Origin: an uncultured Cryobacterium sp. | GTDB lineage: Bacteria > Actinomycetota > Actinomycetes > Actinomycetales > Microbacteriaceae | DNA: 64,000 bases | Direction: 5' to 3' | Assembly (NCBI GenBank): GCA_964651535.1 | Contig: CAZYYE010000001.1 | Coordinates: 273,547-337,546 of the forward strand | Shown: piece by piece, positions 1 to 9,121 of the stretch | Layout: the number at the start of each line of letters is the position of its first letter | How positions within the stretch are numbered: position 1 is the stretch's first letter | The notes under the pieces: generated by a model | What the model was told of the DNA's origin: nothing | Seen by the model: the letters and a program-made list of their open reading frames with translations, nothing else | The model's database searches: none | Made by a program: the position numbers and the translations under genes

Positions 1-166
1 GCACGGCGTGGGTGACGCGCTCCGACCACTTTTGCACGAGCGCCTGGTTTTCGTCGACCGCGAGGACCTCGCGGCCGAGCCGATCGAGCTGGCCGGCCGC
101 CCCGGCGCCGAATCGACCCAGGCCGACGACGAGTACTGGCGCATTGTGCGCAATTTTCTCAACCAA
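1..166 (-). CDS. trkA: Trk potassium uptake NAD-binding subunit TrkA, N-terminal part (gene continues past the left edge)
   Basis: Hand translation of the minus strand gives IAHNAPVLVVGLGRFGAGAAGQLDRLGREVLAVDENQALVQKWSERVTHAV, a Rossmann GxGxxG TrkA-N signature. A candidate TTG start at 166 overlaps the trkH stop (TTGGTTGA). It is absent from the ORF track because it is truncated. Confidence 0.7.
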   Translation of the reverse strand, partial: MVEKIAHNAPVLVVGLGRFGAGAAGQLDRLGREVLAVDENQALVQKWSERVTHAV

Positions 167-1583
167 CGATCGGCCTCTCTTCGGCTCGCACAAACAGTTG
201 TCGGCGTTGGCTGGCCGCCAGCGCTGCGGCAAGGGTTACTGTACCAACTCGACCTGCCCACATGGTGGCGGCGAGAATGTACTTCCCGGCATCCGGCATC
301 TCCTCGGTGGCCCCCGTGCTGAGCCCGCACGTGCCGAACGCTGAGATCACGTCGAACAGCACGCGATTGAGGGGGAGATTCGACACCTGAAGGAGCGCGA
401 TCGTCGATACCGCGACGATCGTCGCACCCCACAGCACGACGCTGACCGAGACGCGCAGCACGTCCGGCGGAATACGGCGATTGAACACCTGAATGTCGTT
501 GTCGCCCTTTGCTTCCGCGAGCGCCGCGAGGAACAGCACGGCGAGCGTTGTCACTTTGATTCCGCCTGCCGTGGACGCCGAACCTCCGCCCACGAACATG
601 AGCATGTCCATGACGAGAAGCGTCGAATCGTGCATTTGGCCGACGTCGACGGTCGAGAATCCGCCCGACCTCGTCATGACGGACAGGAACGTCGCGGTCA
701 TGGGGCGCACGGCGGAGTCCTGCGCGCCGAGAGTTTGGGCGTTGTTCCACTCGAGCGCGTAGATGGCGATCGCGCCGAGCACGATGAGGGCGGTCGTTGT
801 CGCGAGCGTGAGCTTCACGTGGATGGAGAGCCGGTGCTTTCCGCGCCACCCTTTCGTGAGCGCGTAGATGACAGGAAAGCCGAGGCTGCCCACGAATACT
901 CCCAGGCCGATGACGGAGAGCATCCACGGGTCTGACGCGAATTGGGTCATTCCGTCGACGTGGGGCACGAAACCGGTATTCGTGAAGGCGGAGGTGGCGA
1001 AGTAGAAGCCTTGCCAGATCGAAGTCCAGACGTCTTCGCCGGCCACGAGCAACCGGGGGACGATGAAGGTCATGAGCACGGCTTCGATCGCGAAAACGCT
1101 CACGGCGACGGTTGCGAGGAGTCCGCCGATCTCTCCCAGTCGAATGGCCTGGCCTTCGGCAACCGGTCCCGAGTGGATTCGCAACGGGTTGCTGTCGCTC
1201 GCCGCGATGAGTTTCGCCCTGAGACCGAGCCTGCGCGAAACCACCAGGCCGAGAATGCTCGCAAGGGTGAGCACGCCGATTCCGCCGACCTGAAGTCCGA
1301 TGAGGATGGCGACGTTCCCGAACGTGGACCAGTGGGTCGCCATGTTCACGGTCGTGAGACCCGTAACGCAAATGGCGGACATCGCGGTGAAGAAAGCATC
1401 CGCGAGGGGCGTGACGTTGCGTTCGGCGGTGGCGATCGGCAGGGACAGGATCGCGGTCAGGATGAGAACGAGACCCGTGAAAATGACGAGCGCGAACCGC
1501 GCGGGGGAGGCAGACACGAAGAAGTCGCCGAATTCGCGGATTCCCTGGAAGACGGAACCGCGTTGTGCGGACCTCGCGCGCAT
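159..1583 (-). CDS. trkH: TrkH-family potassium uptake membrane protein
   Basis: 474-aa multi-pass membrane ORF with repeated pore-loop-like segments (ICVTGLTT, GGIGV, TNTGF, TAGGIKV) typical of TrkH/KtrB. It is coupled to the downstream trkA. Confidence 0.9.
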   Translation of the reverse strand: MRARSAQRGSVFQGIREFGDFFVSASPARFALVIFTGLVLILTAILSLPIATAERNVTPLADAFFTAMSAICVTGLTTVNMATHWSTFGNVAILIGLQVGGIGVLTLASILGLVVSRRLGLRAKLIAASDSNPLRIHSGPVAEGQAIRLGEIGGLLATVAVSVFAIEAVLMTFIVPRLLVAGEDVWTSIWQGFYFATSAFTNTGFVPHVDGMTQFASDPWMLSVIGLGVFVGSLGFPVIYALTKGWRGKHRLSIHVKLTLATTTALIVLGAIAIYALEWNNAQTLGAQDSAVRPMTATFLSVMTRSGGFSTVDVGQMHDSTLLVMDMLMFVGGGSASTAGGIKVTTLAVLFLAALAEAKGDNDIQVFNRRIPPDVLRVSVSVVLWGATIVAVSTIALLQVSNLPLNRVLFDVISAFGTCGLSTGATEEMPDAGKYILAATMWAGRVGTVTLAAALAASQRRQLFVRAEERPIVG

Positions 1584-1670
1584 CCTGACCCTTCGGTCTG
1601 CTGGACTTCCTGCACAGCAATGCAGGAGCTTGACATGGTACTACTCAGGCTAGATCGGTAGCCTACTGAG

Positions 1671-2225
1671 ATGGCAGACATCTTTGACGTTATTGCGGAT
1701 CCCACCCGGCGGGAATTGCTGCGGGTGCTCCTGGAGAATCGTCTCGAGCACCAGCAGGATGCCGGCGAGGTGAGCGTCGGTGGCCTTGTGGAGGCGCTCG
1801 AGCTGAGCCAGCCCACCGTTTCCAAGCACTTGAAGGTGCTGCGCGACAACGGACTCGTTACCGTTCGCGAAGAGGGCCAGCATCGGTATTACCGGCTCGA
1901 ACCGGCACCCCTGGAGGTGATAGAAGACTGGCTCATTCCCTTCCTGAGCGCCGATATCGAATTCCTGAGCGACGACGCCGGGTCGACCGCTTTTGCCGCG
2001 TGGGCCGGGTCGGGTCTGCCGAAACCGCTGCGCAGGGTCGCAGAAACGATGGAACACCCGTCGGATGCCGGTCTTGCCGTGGGGCGCACGGTTGCGGAAG
2101 CGTCCCACCAGGTCCGTTCCGTCATCGAGGGCGCAACCCGCAAAATCGAGGAAGCGACAGCGAAGGTGGAAAAGAAGGTCATCGACCCTGTCCGCGAGAG
2201 GCTCGGCCGCAAATCGAACGATTAG
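1671..2225 (+). CDS. ArsR/SmtB-family transcriptional regulator with C-terminal extension
   Basis: Winged HTH pattern DPTRRELLRVL ... LSQPTVSKHLKVLRDNGLV ... RYYRL in the first ~100 aa. It is divergent from trkH. Confidence 0.8.
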   Translation: MADIFDVIADPTRRELLRVLLENRLEHQQDAGEVSVGGLVEALELSQPTVSKHLKVLRDNGLVTVREEGQHRYYRLEPAPLEVIEDWLIPFLSADIEFLSDDAGSTAFAAWAGSGLPKPLRRVAETMEHPSDAGLAVGRTVAEASHQVRSVIEGATRKIEEATAKVEKKVIDPVRERLGRKSND

Positions 2226-2334
2226 CGGCATGCGTGACCATTAGAGGGCATGGACAAAGTGTCACTCTGGCCCCTAAGGTATCGAATGAGCACTCTGGTA
2301 ACACCCGAGCGGGTGCTCTTAGCCAAGGGGAACG

Positions 2335-2541
2335 ATGTCCAGCGATCTTTCCGACGTGAGGTTTCTCACGGTTGCGGAAGTGGCCGAAATGATGCGCGTG
2401 TCGAAAATGACGGTGTATCGGCTCGTCCACTCCGGTGAACTGCCTGCCATCCGGTTCGGGCGCTCCTTTCGCGTTCCCGAGTCCGCGGTGCAATCCGCTA
2501 TCGACACCCACATCACGGGGCGGGACAGCGCTGTCGGGTAG
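2335..2541 (+). CDS. Excisionase/MerR-type helix-turn-helix DNA-binding protein
   Basis: 68 aa with LTVAEVAEMMRVSKMTVYRLVHSGELPAIRFGRSFRV, a typical excisionase-family HTH. From memory, it is a conserved neighbour of bS22 in Actinobacteria. Confidence 0.8.
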   Translation: MSSDLSDVRFLTVAEVAEMMRVSKMTVYRLVHSGELPAIRFGRSFRVPESAVQSAIDTHITGRDSAVG

Positions 2542-2682
2542 TCAGCGCCGTCGGCTGACGCGGGCGCTCATCGAGCGGGATGGACGATCCGCTAGACTTG
2601 TCCGAGGCATTTTTCGCGGTTCGAATCGGACCCGATCGTCACGGCCCCCACTTTTCGCGGGGCCACAATCAGTGAGGTGTGT

Positions 2683-2781
2683 ATGGGTTCGGTAATCAAG
2701 AAGCGTCGCAAGCGCATGGCAAAGAAGAAGCACCGCAAGTTGCTGCGCAAGACGCGTCACCAGCGCCGCAACAAGAAGTAG
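2683..2781 (+). CDS. 30S ribosomal protein bS22 (AURKAIP1/COX24-type, 32 aa)
   Basis: ORF below the track cutoff, translated by hand as MGSVIKKRRKRMAKKKHRKLLRKTRHQRRNKK. This extremely basic peptide matches my memory of actinobacterial bS22. Confidence 0.75.
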   Translation: MGSVIKKRRKRMAKKKHRKLLRKTRHQRRNKK

Positions 2782-2796
2782 TCTCGCTCGACCGCC

Positions 2797-3054
2797 GTGG
2801 CTGCCGTCGAGCTCACGATTATCGGCAAACCCGATTGTCACTTGTGCGATGTCGCCCAGTCCGTCATCGACGCCGTCGTGACCGAACTCGAAGCTGACGT
2901 CCCGACCACAATCGTGAAGCGCTCGATCCTCGACGACCCTGAGCTGCATGAGCGCTACTGGGAGAAGATTCCCGTGATCCTGGTGAACGGCTCAGAGCAC
3001 GCGCACTGGCACGTGGACGCCCAGAAGCTGCGCACAGCCATTCTGGAAGGCTGA
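2797..3054 (+). CDS. Glutaredoxin-like (DUF836) thioredoxin-fold protein
   Basis: 85 aa with a CHLC redox motif near the N terminus (IGKPDCHLCD) and IPVILVNG, as in glutaredoxin-like proteins. Confidence 0.75.
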   Translation: MAAVELTIIGKPDCHLCDVAQSVIDAVVTELEADVPTTIVKRSILDDPELHERYWEKIPVILVNGSEHAHWHVDAQKLRTAILEG

Positions 3055-3056
3055 GC

Positions 3057-3356
3057 ATGCTGCGCCACATTGTCCTGTTCCGCATGAAAGCGACCGCGGA
3101 TGCGGAGCGCGCGAGCAGCGTCGAGCGCCTCTCCGGGGCGCTTCTGGCGCTTCCCGCGCACATTGGAGAGATCCGCGCGCTCTCGGTGGGCGCGAACATT
3201 CTCGAGCGGCCGGGAAACTGGGATCTCGCCCTCACGGTCGACGTGGACGACCTCGACGCGCTCGAGGTTTACCGCCTGCACCCGGAGCACAAAAAGGTGC
3301 TCGCGCTCGTCGACGAGTTGGCCGCAGAGCGGTGCGCTGTCGACTTCACTGTCTAG
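3057..3356 (+). CDS. Dabb (stress-responsive alpha/beta-barrel) family protein
   Basis: 99 aa with an HIVLFRMK start and a conserved HPEHKKV segment typical of Dabb domains. Confidence 0.8.
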   Translation: MLRHIVLFRMKATADAERASSVERLSGALLALPAHIGEIRALSVGANILERPGNWDLALTVDVDDLDALEVYRLHPEHKKVLALVDELAAERCAVDFTV

Positions 3357-4005
3357 AGACCATTTCCGCAATCCACAGCGGAACGAACGGCGACGTGCAG
3401 TTCGGCGGTGTCGGGTAGTCCTTGAGCACTTCGAGGCGCTCGCCGATGTCGATGGCGCGCGCCCGAAACTCCGGGTGTTCGATCCCGATGTGGCCGAGGC
3501 ATGTGTTCATCGCCCACTGCAGGCGGTCGGGGGCGTCCTTCATGTGCGCTTCGATGGTGTCGAGCAGGGCCGCCAGGTCGAGACCAGTCGGGTCCTTGAC
3601 GACGCGGTCGGCGGTCAGCGCCCAGCCGGCACTCGCGACCACCGGGTCCGGGTCCGCGAACCACAACTCGCGGAGATCCTCCGCGTGGGCACTCTTCTTC
3701 ACGACGTAGCTCAGCAACCAGTCATGCACCTTCGGAATGCGCGCCTCGCGCAGCATCGCATCCAGTTCGTCCCGCGTGAACGATTTCGGGCGGCAGATCA
3801 GAATCGACAGCAGTCGCGCAACGGTGTCGCCCGTGGCCCATAGGTTCTGCGCCAGGTCTTCCTGCGTTTTCAGCCGCTTGGCAAACGCGCGGAGTTTGCC
3901 GAGATTGACGCCGTGGTCGTCCCCGTGCCTCTCGTTCACGGCGCGGACCTTCGGGTCCTCAAGCCCGGCGAGCTCGGCCATGACGTCGGTCAGTGTGTCC
4001 GTCAT
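3346..4005 (-). CDS. DNA alkylation repair protein (AlkD-like HEAT-repeat family)
   Basis: 219 aa helical-repeat protein that resembles the DNA alkylation repair enzyme family. It overlaps the preceding gene tail-to-tail by 11 nt. Confidence 0.75.
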   Translation of the reverse strand: MTDTLTDVMAELAGLEDPKVRAVNERHGDDHGVNLGKLRAFAKRLKTQEDLAQNLWATGDTVARLLSILICRPKSFTRDELDAMLREARIPKVHDWLLSYVVKKSAHAEDLRELWFADPDPVVASAGWALTADRVVKDPTGLDLAALLDTIEAHMKDAPDRLQWAMNTCLGHIGIEHPEFRARAIDIGERLEVLKDYPTPPNCTSPFVPLWIAEMVSRQ

Positions 4006-4059
4006 CTCGACCTCCAGAATGTCGCGCGGTGCCAGTTTACGTGGCCGCCGGAACGCGGA

Positions 4060-5418
4060 TCAGGGCAGGAGGCGCGTCGGACCGCGGAACAGGTACGTGG
4101 CTTCGCGCAGGTTCGTAAGGCCCAGCATGAGCATGAGCACGCGCGCGAGCCCCATCCCGAATCCGCCGTGCGGAGGTACTCCGTAGCGGAAGAAGTCGAG
4201 GTAGAAGGAGAGCTCTTCCGGGTCGACGCCCTTCTGGCGCGCCTGAGCTTCGAGCACCTCGACGCGGTGTTCGCGCTGGGCTCCCGTGGAGATCTCGACG
4301 CCGTTCAGAATCAGGTCGTAGCTCTTCGTGAGGCCGGCATCCCCGTCGTGCCGCATGTGATAAAACGGGCGGATGCTCGAGGCGTAGTCGGTGAGGAACA
4401 CGAAGTCGTGCCCGAACTTCTCCTTCACGTATGCCGAAATCTGGCGTTCGCCCTCCGGGTCCATGTCGTCGTCGTGGCGGGGGACCTCGTAACCGCGCTC
4501 CGCCACAATCTTCTTCGCTTCGGCGAGCGGGATGCGCGGGAACGGCGTCGACGGCACGGCGAGTTCGATGCCGAACGCCTCCAGAATCTCGGCGCCGTGT
4601 TTCTCCTTCACCGCGGTGTACCCGGCCACCATGAGGTCTTCGTGCAACCGCATGACGTCTTCGTGACTGTCGATCCAGCTGATCTCCGAGTCGACGCTCG
4701 TGAACTCCGTCGCGTGGCGGCTCGTGAAGCTCGGGTCGGCGCGGAACGCGGGGCCGATCTCGAACACGCGGCCGAATCCGGCAGGCTGCGCCATCTGCTT
4801 GAAGAATTGCGGGCTCTGGGCGAGGTACGCCGTGCCCTCGAAGTACTTCACTTCGAACAGCTCGGCCTTCGACTCGCTCGCGCTCGCCATGAGTTTGGGG
4901 GTGTGGATCTCGACGAAGTCGTGCTCGACCCAATACGTGCGCCAGGCGTGCTCGAGCGTGGTCTGGATTCGGAACACGAGGTGGTGCTTCGGCACGCGCA
5001 GGTCGAGGAAACGCCAGTCCATGCGCTTGTCGACGCCCGTGTCCTCCGCGATCGGCGACTCGAGTGCCTCCGACACGACGTCGATCGAACCGATGAGCAC
5101 CTCGATACCGCCGAGCTTCACGCGCTCGTCGTGCTTGAGGGTGCCCGTGACCGTGATGAACGTGCCCGTGCCGAGCGCGGAGATGGTGTCGGCGATGGGG
5201 TCGGACGCTGCCTGTTGGCTCCCTTCGAGACGGTTGCCTTCGGCAACCTCCTCAGGGAGCGCCGCGCGCGGGTGGACGAGCTGGAGGGCACCGGACTCGT
5301 CGCGCAGTACGACGAACTGCACCTTCTTCTGGTCGCGAACCGTATCCACCCACCCGGAGACAGTCACGGGTCCGTCGGTTCTGGCGGCAAGATTTCTGAT
5401 GAGGGTGCGTTCGGTCAC
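4060..5418 (-). CDS. aspS: Aspartate--tRNA ligase, type 2 (archaeal-like, possibly non-discriminating)
   Basis: 452 aa with an N-terminal OB anticodon-binding region and a class IIb core carrying FEIGPAFRAD and GGFGMGLARVLM motifs. Confidence 0.9.
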   Translation of the reverse strand: MTERTLIRNLAARTDGPVTVSGWVDTVRDQKKVQFVVLRDESGALQLVHPRAALPEEVAEGNRLEGSQQAASDPIADTISALGTGTFITVTGTLKHDERVKLGGIEVLIGSIDVVSEALESPIAEDTGVDKRMDWRFLDLRVPKHHLVFRIQTTLEHAWRTYWVEHDFVEIHTPKLMASASESKAELFEVKYFEGTAYLAQSPQFFKQMAQPAGFGRVFEIGPAFRADPSFTSRHATEFTSVDSEISWIDSHEDVMRLHEDLMVAGYTAVKEKHGAEILEAFGIELAVPSTPFPRIPLAEAKKIVAERGYEVPRHDDDMDPEGERQISAYVKEKFGHDFVFLTDYASSIRPFYHMRHDGDAGLTKSYDLILNGVEISTGAQREHRVEVLEAQARQKGVDPEELSFYLDFFRYGVPPHGGFGMGLARVLMLMLGLTNLREATYLFRGPTRLLP

Positions 5419-5461
5419 CGCTCAAGTCTAGAGTCCAGACAGACTTGCTTAGACTGGACGG

Positions 5462-6106
5462 GTGCCCGCATCGCTCATCCACCTGGTCCGCCACGGGGAG
5501 GTTCACAACCCCGACGGCGTGCTCTACGGACGGTTGCCCGGCTACCACCTTTCCGAGCTCGGCGTGCGGATGGCTGCTGCTGCTGCCGAATCCGTGAAGG
5601 CGGAAGGGCGGCCGGTCGCGAAACTCGTCTCCTCGCCGCTTCAGCGCGCCCAGGAGTCGGCTGAACCCTTCTCCCGCGTGTTCGGGCTCCCCATCGAGAC
5701 GGATGAACGCCTCATCGAACCGACCAACCGATTCGAGGGCAGAACGTTCGAGTTCGGGCCGCAGGTGATCCTGCGTCCGCGGTCATGGCCGTGGGTCGTG
5801 AACCCGTTCCGGCCGAGTTGGGGCGAGGCATACGACTCCATTGCGAGCCGGATGCTCGCGGCGCTCGAGGACGCGTGGAACGGCACTGACAGTGGCGACG
5901 CCGTGCTCGTGAGCCACCAGTTGCCGATTTGGACGCTCACGAACGCGCTCGCCGGCAGGCGCCTCTGGCACGATCCGCGAAAGCGCCGTTGCAGTCTCTC
6001 CAGCATCACGACGTTCGAGCGTCGCGGAGACGAGTTCGTGGAGGTCGCCTACCGAGATCCGGCATCCGACCTTCTCGCTCAGGCTGTGGACTCGGGGGCC
6101 GTGTGA
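5462..6106 (+). CDS. Histidine phosphatase (PGAM-like) family protein
   Basis: N-terminal RHG motif (LVRHGEVHN). It is the usual first gene of actinobacterial ccs clusters. Confidence 0.85.
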   Translation: MPASLIHLVRHGEVHNPDGVLYGRLPGYHLSELGVRMAAAAAESVKAEGRPVAKLVSSPLQRAQESAEPFSRVFGLPIETDERLIEPTNRFEGRTFEFGPQVILRPRSWPWVVNPFRPSWGEAYDSIASRMLAALEDAWNGTDSGDAVLVSHQLPIWTLTNALAGRRLWHDPRKRRCSLSSITTFERRGDEFVEVAYRDPASDLLAQAVDSGAV

Positions 6107-6723
6107 CGCGGCCACCCACCCGCCTCGGCGCCGTACGTTTCGGAGTCGTCGCGGCCATCACATCGCTCCTGCTCGTCGGCTGCTCGGCACCCGACCAGCT
6201 CGCCATCGACTACGGTTCCGGCGGCAACAAGAACTATGTGGCAGGGGACGGCAGCGTCCTCGAGATCGCGCCCGAGAACCGGAAGGACCCCATCGTGTTC
6301 ACGGGAACGACAGATTCGGGGATGGAGGTTTCCCGTGTCGACTACGAGGGCAAGGTCCTCGTCGTGAATTTTTGGGCAGGCTACTGCGCGCCGTGCAGGG
6401 CCGAGGCGCCGCTCCTGGAGAAGTCGTCGCAGAAGTGGGCGGGCCAGGGGGCGAACTTCCTGGGAGTGAACACGTACGATGAGCCGCAGACCGCGCAGGC
6501 GTTCGCACGCAACTACGGCGTCACCTACCCGTCCATCATCGACGCGAACTCCGGCGCAGTTCAGCTCGCGTTCGCCGGAACCGTGGCGCCGAGCGCCCTC
6601 CCCACGACGATCGTGCTCGACCGTGAAGGGCGAGTCGCCGCGCGCATTCTCGGCGAGATCCAGTCCGCGTCGATTCTGGACGCCATCATCAAGACCGTCG
6701 TCGAAGAGGAAAGCGGTCCATGA
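6103..6723 (+). CDS. TlpA/ResA-type thiol-disulfide oxidoreductase lipoprotein
   Basis: Signal peptide with lipobox LLLVGC and a thioredoxin active site WAGYCAPCRAE. I place the start at GTG 6103 (GTGA overlap with the upstream stop) rather than at track position 5929. Confidence 0.85.
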   Translation: MTRPPTRLGAVRFGVVAAITSLLLVGCSAPDQLAIDYGSGGNKNYVAGDGSVLEIAPENRKDPIVFTGTTDSGMEVSRVDYEGKVLVVNFWAGYCAPCRAEAPLLEKSSQKWAGQGANFLGVNTYDEPQTAQAFARNYGVTYPSIIDANSGAVQLAFAGTVAPSALPTTIVLDREGRVAARILGEIQSASILDAIIKTVVEEESGP

Positions 6724-7475
6724 ATCCCGTCGGCGAACTCGTTCTGAGCGGGAGCCTGGTCATCGCACTGCCGATTGCCCTCCTGGCCGGGATCATCTCC
6801 TTTGCCTCACCCTGCATCCTGCCCCTCGTTCCCGGATACCTCGGGTTCGTGGGCGGATTCGCCGGTGGGGACGGCGAGGGGGCAACCCTGTCGCAAAACC
6901 GGAGGCGCCTCCTGCTGGGTGTCGCGCTGTTCGTGCTCGGATTCAGTCTCGTGTTCGTCACGTTCGGCCTCGTGTTCGGGGTGGCGGGGCTCCTGCTCAA
7001 ACAGTGGATGGACATCATCACGCGCGTAGCGGGCGTCATCGTCATCCTCATGGGCCTCGTGTTCATCGGCCAGTTCACGTTCCTGCAACGCACGGCCAGG
7101 CCAGGCTGGCGCGTCGCCACCGGCCTCGCCGGCGCCCCGTTCCTCGGCCTCGTGTTCGGCCTCGGCTGGGCGCCCTGCATCGGGCCGACGCTCACGGCGG
7201 TTCTCGCCCTGAGCCTCGACGGCGGTTCCCCGGCGCGCGGTGCGCTGCTCGGCGCCGTGTACTGCCTCGGCCTCGGAATCCCGTTCCTGCTCGTCGCGCT
7301 CGGGTTCGGCTGGGTGAGCGGATCCGTCACGTGGTTGAAGCGCAACATCCGCGTCGTCAATGTCGTGGGCGGCGCGGTGCTCGTCCTCGTCGGACTGCTC
7401 ATGGTGACAGGACTCTGGCAGGCGATGGTTTCGGCGTTCGGGGCGGTGATTGGAGCTTTTGTCACGCCCCTTTGA
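6720..7475 (+). CDS. ccdA: Cytochrome c biogenesis thiol-reductant transporter CcdA
   Basis: 251-aa polytopic protein with the two conserved Cys segments FASPCILPLVP and GWAPCIGP. ATGA overlap with the upstream gene. Confidence 0.9.
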   Translation: MNPVGELVLSGSLVIALPIALLAGIISFASPCILPLVPGYLGFVGGFAGGDGEGATLSQNRRRLLLGVALFVLGFSLVFVTFGLVFGVAGLLLKQWMDIITRVAGVIVILMGLVFIGQFTFLQRTARPGWRVATGLAGAPFLGLVFGLGWAPCIGPTLTAVLALSLDGGSPARGALLGAVYCLGLGIPFLLVALGFGWVSGSVTWLKRNIRVVNVVGGAVLVLVGLLMVTGLWQAMVSAFGAVIGAFVTPL

Positions 7476-9111
7476 CCACGTCGAGGGTTCGGGACCGCCC
7501 GTGCGCCCCAACCCCAACATCACGCAGCCGCGACTGAATTTTTCCGGGTACGTGCGGTTCTTCTGGCGCCAGCTCACGAGCATGCGCACCGCGATCGTGC
7601 TCCTGCTTCTGCTCGCGGTCGCCGCGGTCCCTGGGTCGATGTGGCCGCAACGCAGTTCCGACCCGAACGGCGTGATCCAGTTCTATGCGAACAACCCGCA
7701 GCTCGCACCCGTGCTCGACCGCATCCAATTGTTCGACGTGTACACATCCGTCTGGTTCTCGGCCATCTACCTTCTACTGTTCATTTCGCTCATCGGTTGC
7801 GTGCTCCCGCGAACGCTGCATCACTTTCGCGCTCTTCGCGCGAAGCCGCCGCGCACGCCCGCACGCCTCGAGCGCCTCGCGTCCTTTGAGACGGCAACGC
7901 TCGAACCCGCCGAGGGCGTGGATGCGGCCGCGGCGGTCGAGGCCGCCCGCGTCCAGCTTCGCGCGAGCGGGTACCGGGTGGCGCAGTTTCACGGCGCAAA
8001 GGACCTGTCGGTCTCGGCGGAGCGCGGCTACCTGCGCGAGACCGGAAACCTCGTGTTCCATACCGCCCTCATCGGGATTCTCGTCGCGGTGGGTCTCGGA
8101 GGCGGATTCGGCTACACGGGCCAGAAGGTTCTCGTCGAGGGGCAGTCGTTCGTGAACATCAAGGGGGCCTACGACTCGTTCACGCCCGGGCGGTTCTTCA
8201 CCGACTCGTCCCTGCAGCCGTACCGCCTCACGCTCGACAAGTTCTCCGCAACGTACGAAGAGGAAAGCATCCGAGCGTACGGGCAACCGATCGATTATGT
8301 CGCCGACGTGACCACGTGGTTGCCCAGCGGCCACAGCGCCGAATCGATCATCAAAGTCAACGAACCGCTCGAGTTCTCGGGTACCCACCTCTACCTCCTC
8401 GGCAACGGCTACGCCCCCACGATCACGGTGCGGGACGGCATGGGGAACATCGCCTTCACGGCATCCGTTCCGTTCCTTCCGCAGGACTCCAACCTCACAT
8501 CCACGGGGGTCATCCGGGTCCCGGATGCGCTGCCGGAGCAGCTCGCGTTCCTCGGATTCTTCTACCCGACGGCTGCGCAATTGTCCACGGGCGCGCTCAC
8601 GTCGATTCACGCCGACTTGCGCAACCCCGTGCTCACGCTGTTCGCCTACAAGGGCGACCTTGGCCTCGACAGCGGCATCCCCCAGAACGTGTACGCTCTC
8701 GACCCGAAAGACCTCACCCAGATCGCCGGCGGCGACAGCGGCATCGACGCGCTCGAGTTGCGGCCGGGCCAAACGGTCGATCTGCCGGACGGGCTCGGCT
8801 CGGTGACGTTCGAGAGCGCATCGCCGGATGCCGCCGAGGGGGACTGGTCGGGCAGCGTTCCGCGGTTCGCCTCTTTCGACATCCACCACGACCCCGCACA
8901 GGCATGGGTTCTGCTGTTCGCGGTTCTCGCCGTGCTCGGGTTACTCAGTTCGCTGTTCATTCCGCGCCGGCGCGTGTGGGTCAAGGCGCTCGACGAGAAG
9001 GACGGTTCCGTGAGAGTCGAGTACGCGGGGCTCGCCCGCGGTGAGGACCCGGGGCTCGATGCCGCGGTCGCGGCAATCGCGCAGCGCCATGCCGCCGGGC
9101 TGAAGGCTTAG
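7450..9111 (+). CDS. resB: Cytochrome c biogenesis protein ResB/Ccs1
   Basis: FWRQLTSMRTAI N-terminal signature, N-terminal TMs, a large extracytoplasmic domain and a C-terminal TM. The start could instead be GTG 7501. Confidence 0.85.
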   Translation: MELLSRPFDHVEGSGPPVRPNPNITQPRLNFSGYVRFFWRQLTSMRTAIVLLLLLAVAAVPGSMWPQRSSDPNGVIQFYANNPQLAPVLDRIQLFDVYTSVWFSAIYLLLFISLIGCVLPRTLHHFRALRAKPPRTPARLERLASFETATLEPAEGVDAAAAVEAARVQLRASGYRVAQFHGAKDLSVSAERGYLRETGNLVFHTALIGILVAVGLGGGFGYTGQKVLVEGQSFVNIKGAYDSFTPGRFFTDSSLQPYRLTLDKFSATYEEESIRAYGQPIDYVADVTTWLPSGHSAESIIKVNEPLEFSGTHLYLLGNGYAPTITVRDGMGNIAFTASVPFLPQDSNLTSTGVIRVPDALPEQLAFLGFFYPTAAQLSTGALTSIHADLRNPVLTLFAYKGDLGLDSGIPQNVYALDPKDLTQIAGGDSGIDALELRPGQTVDLPDGLGSVTFESASPDAAEGDWSGSVPRFASFDIHHDPAQAWVLLFAVLAVLGLLSSLFIPRRRVWVKALDEKDGSVRVEYAGLARGEDPGLDAAVAAIAQRHAAGLKA

Positions 9112-9121
9112 GCTGGAAGCC

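Noticed and set aside
3913-5664. 583-aa plus-strand ORF
   Set aside because: It is antisense to aspS, which has class II aaRS motifs, and it runs into the phosphatase gene in the wrong frame. It is a shadow ORF.
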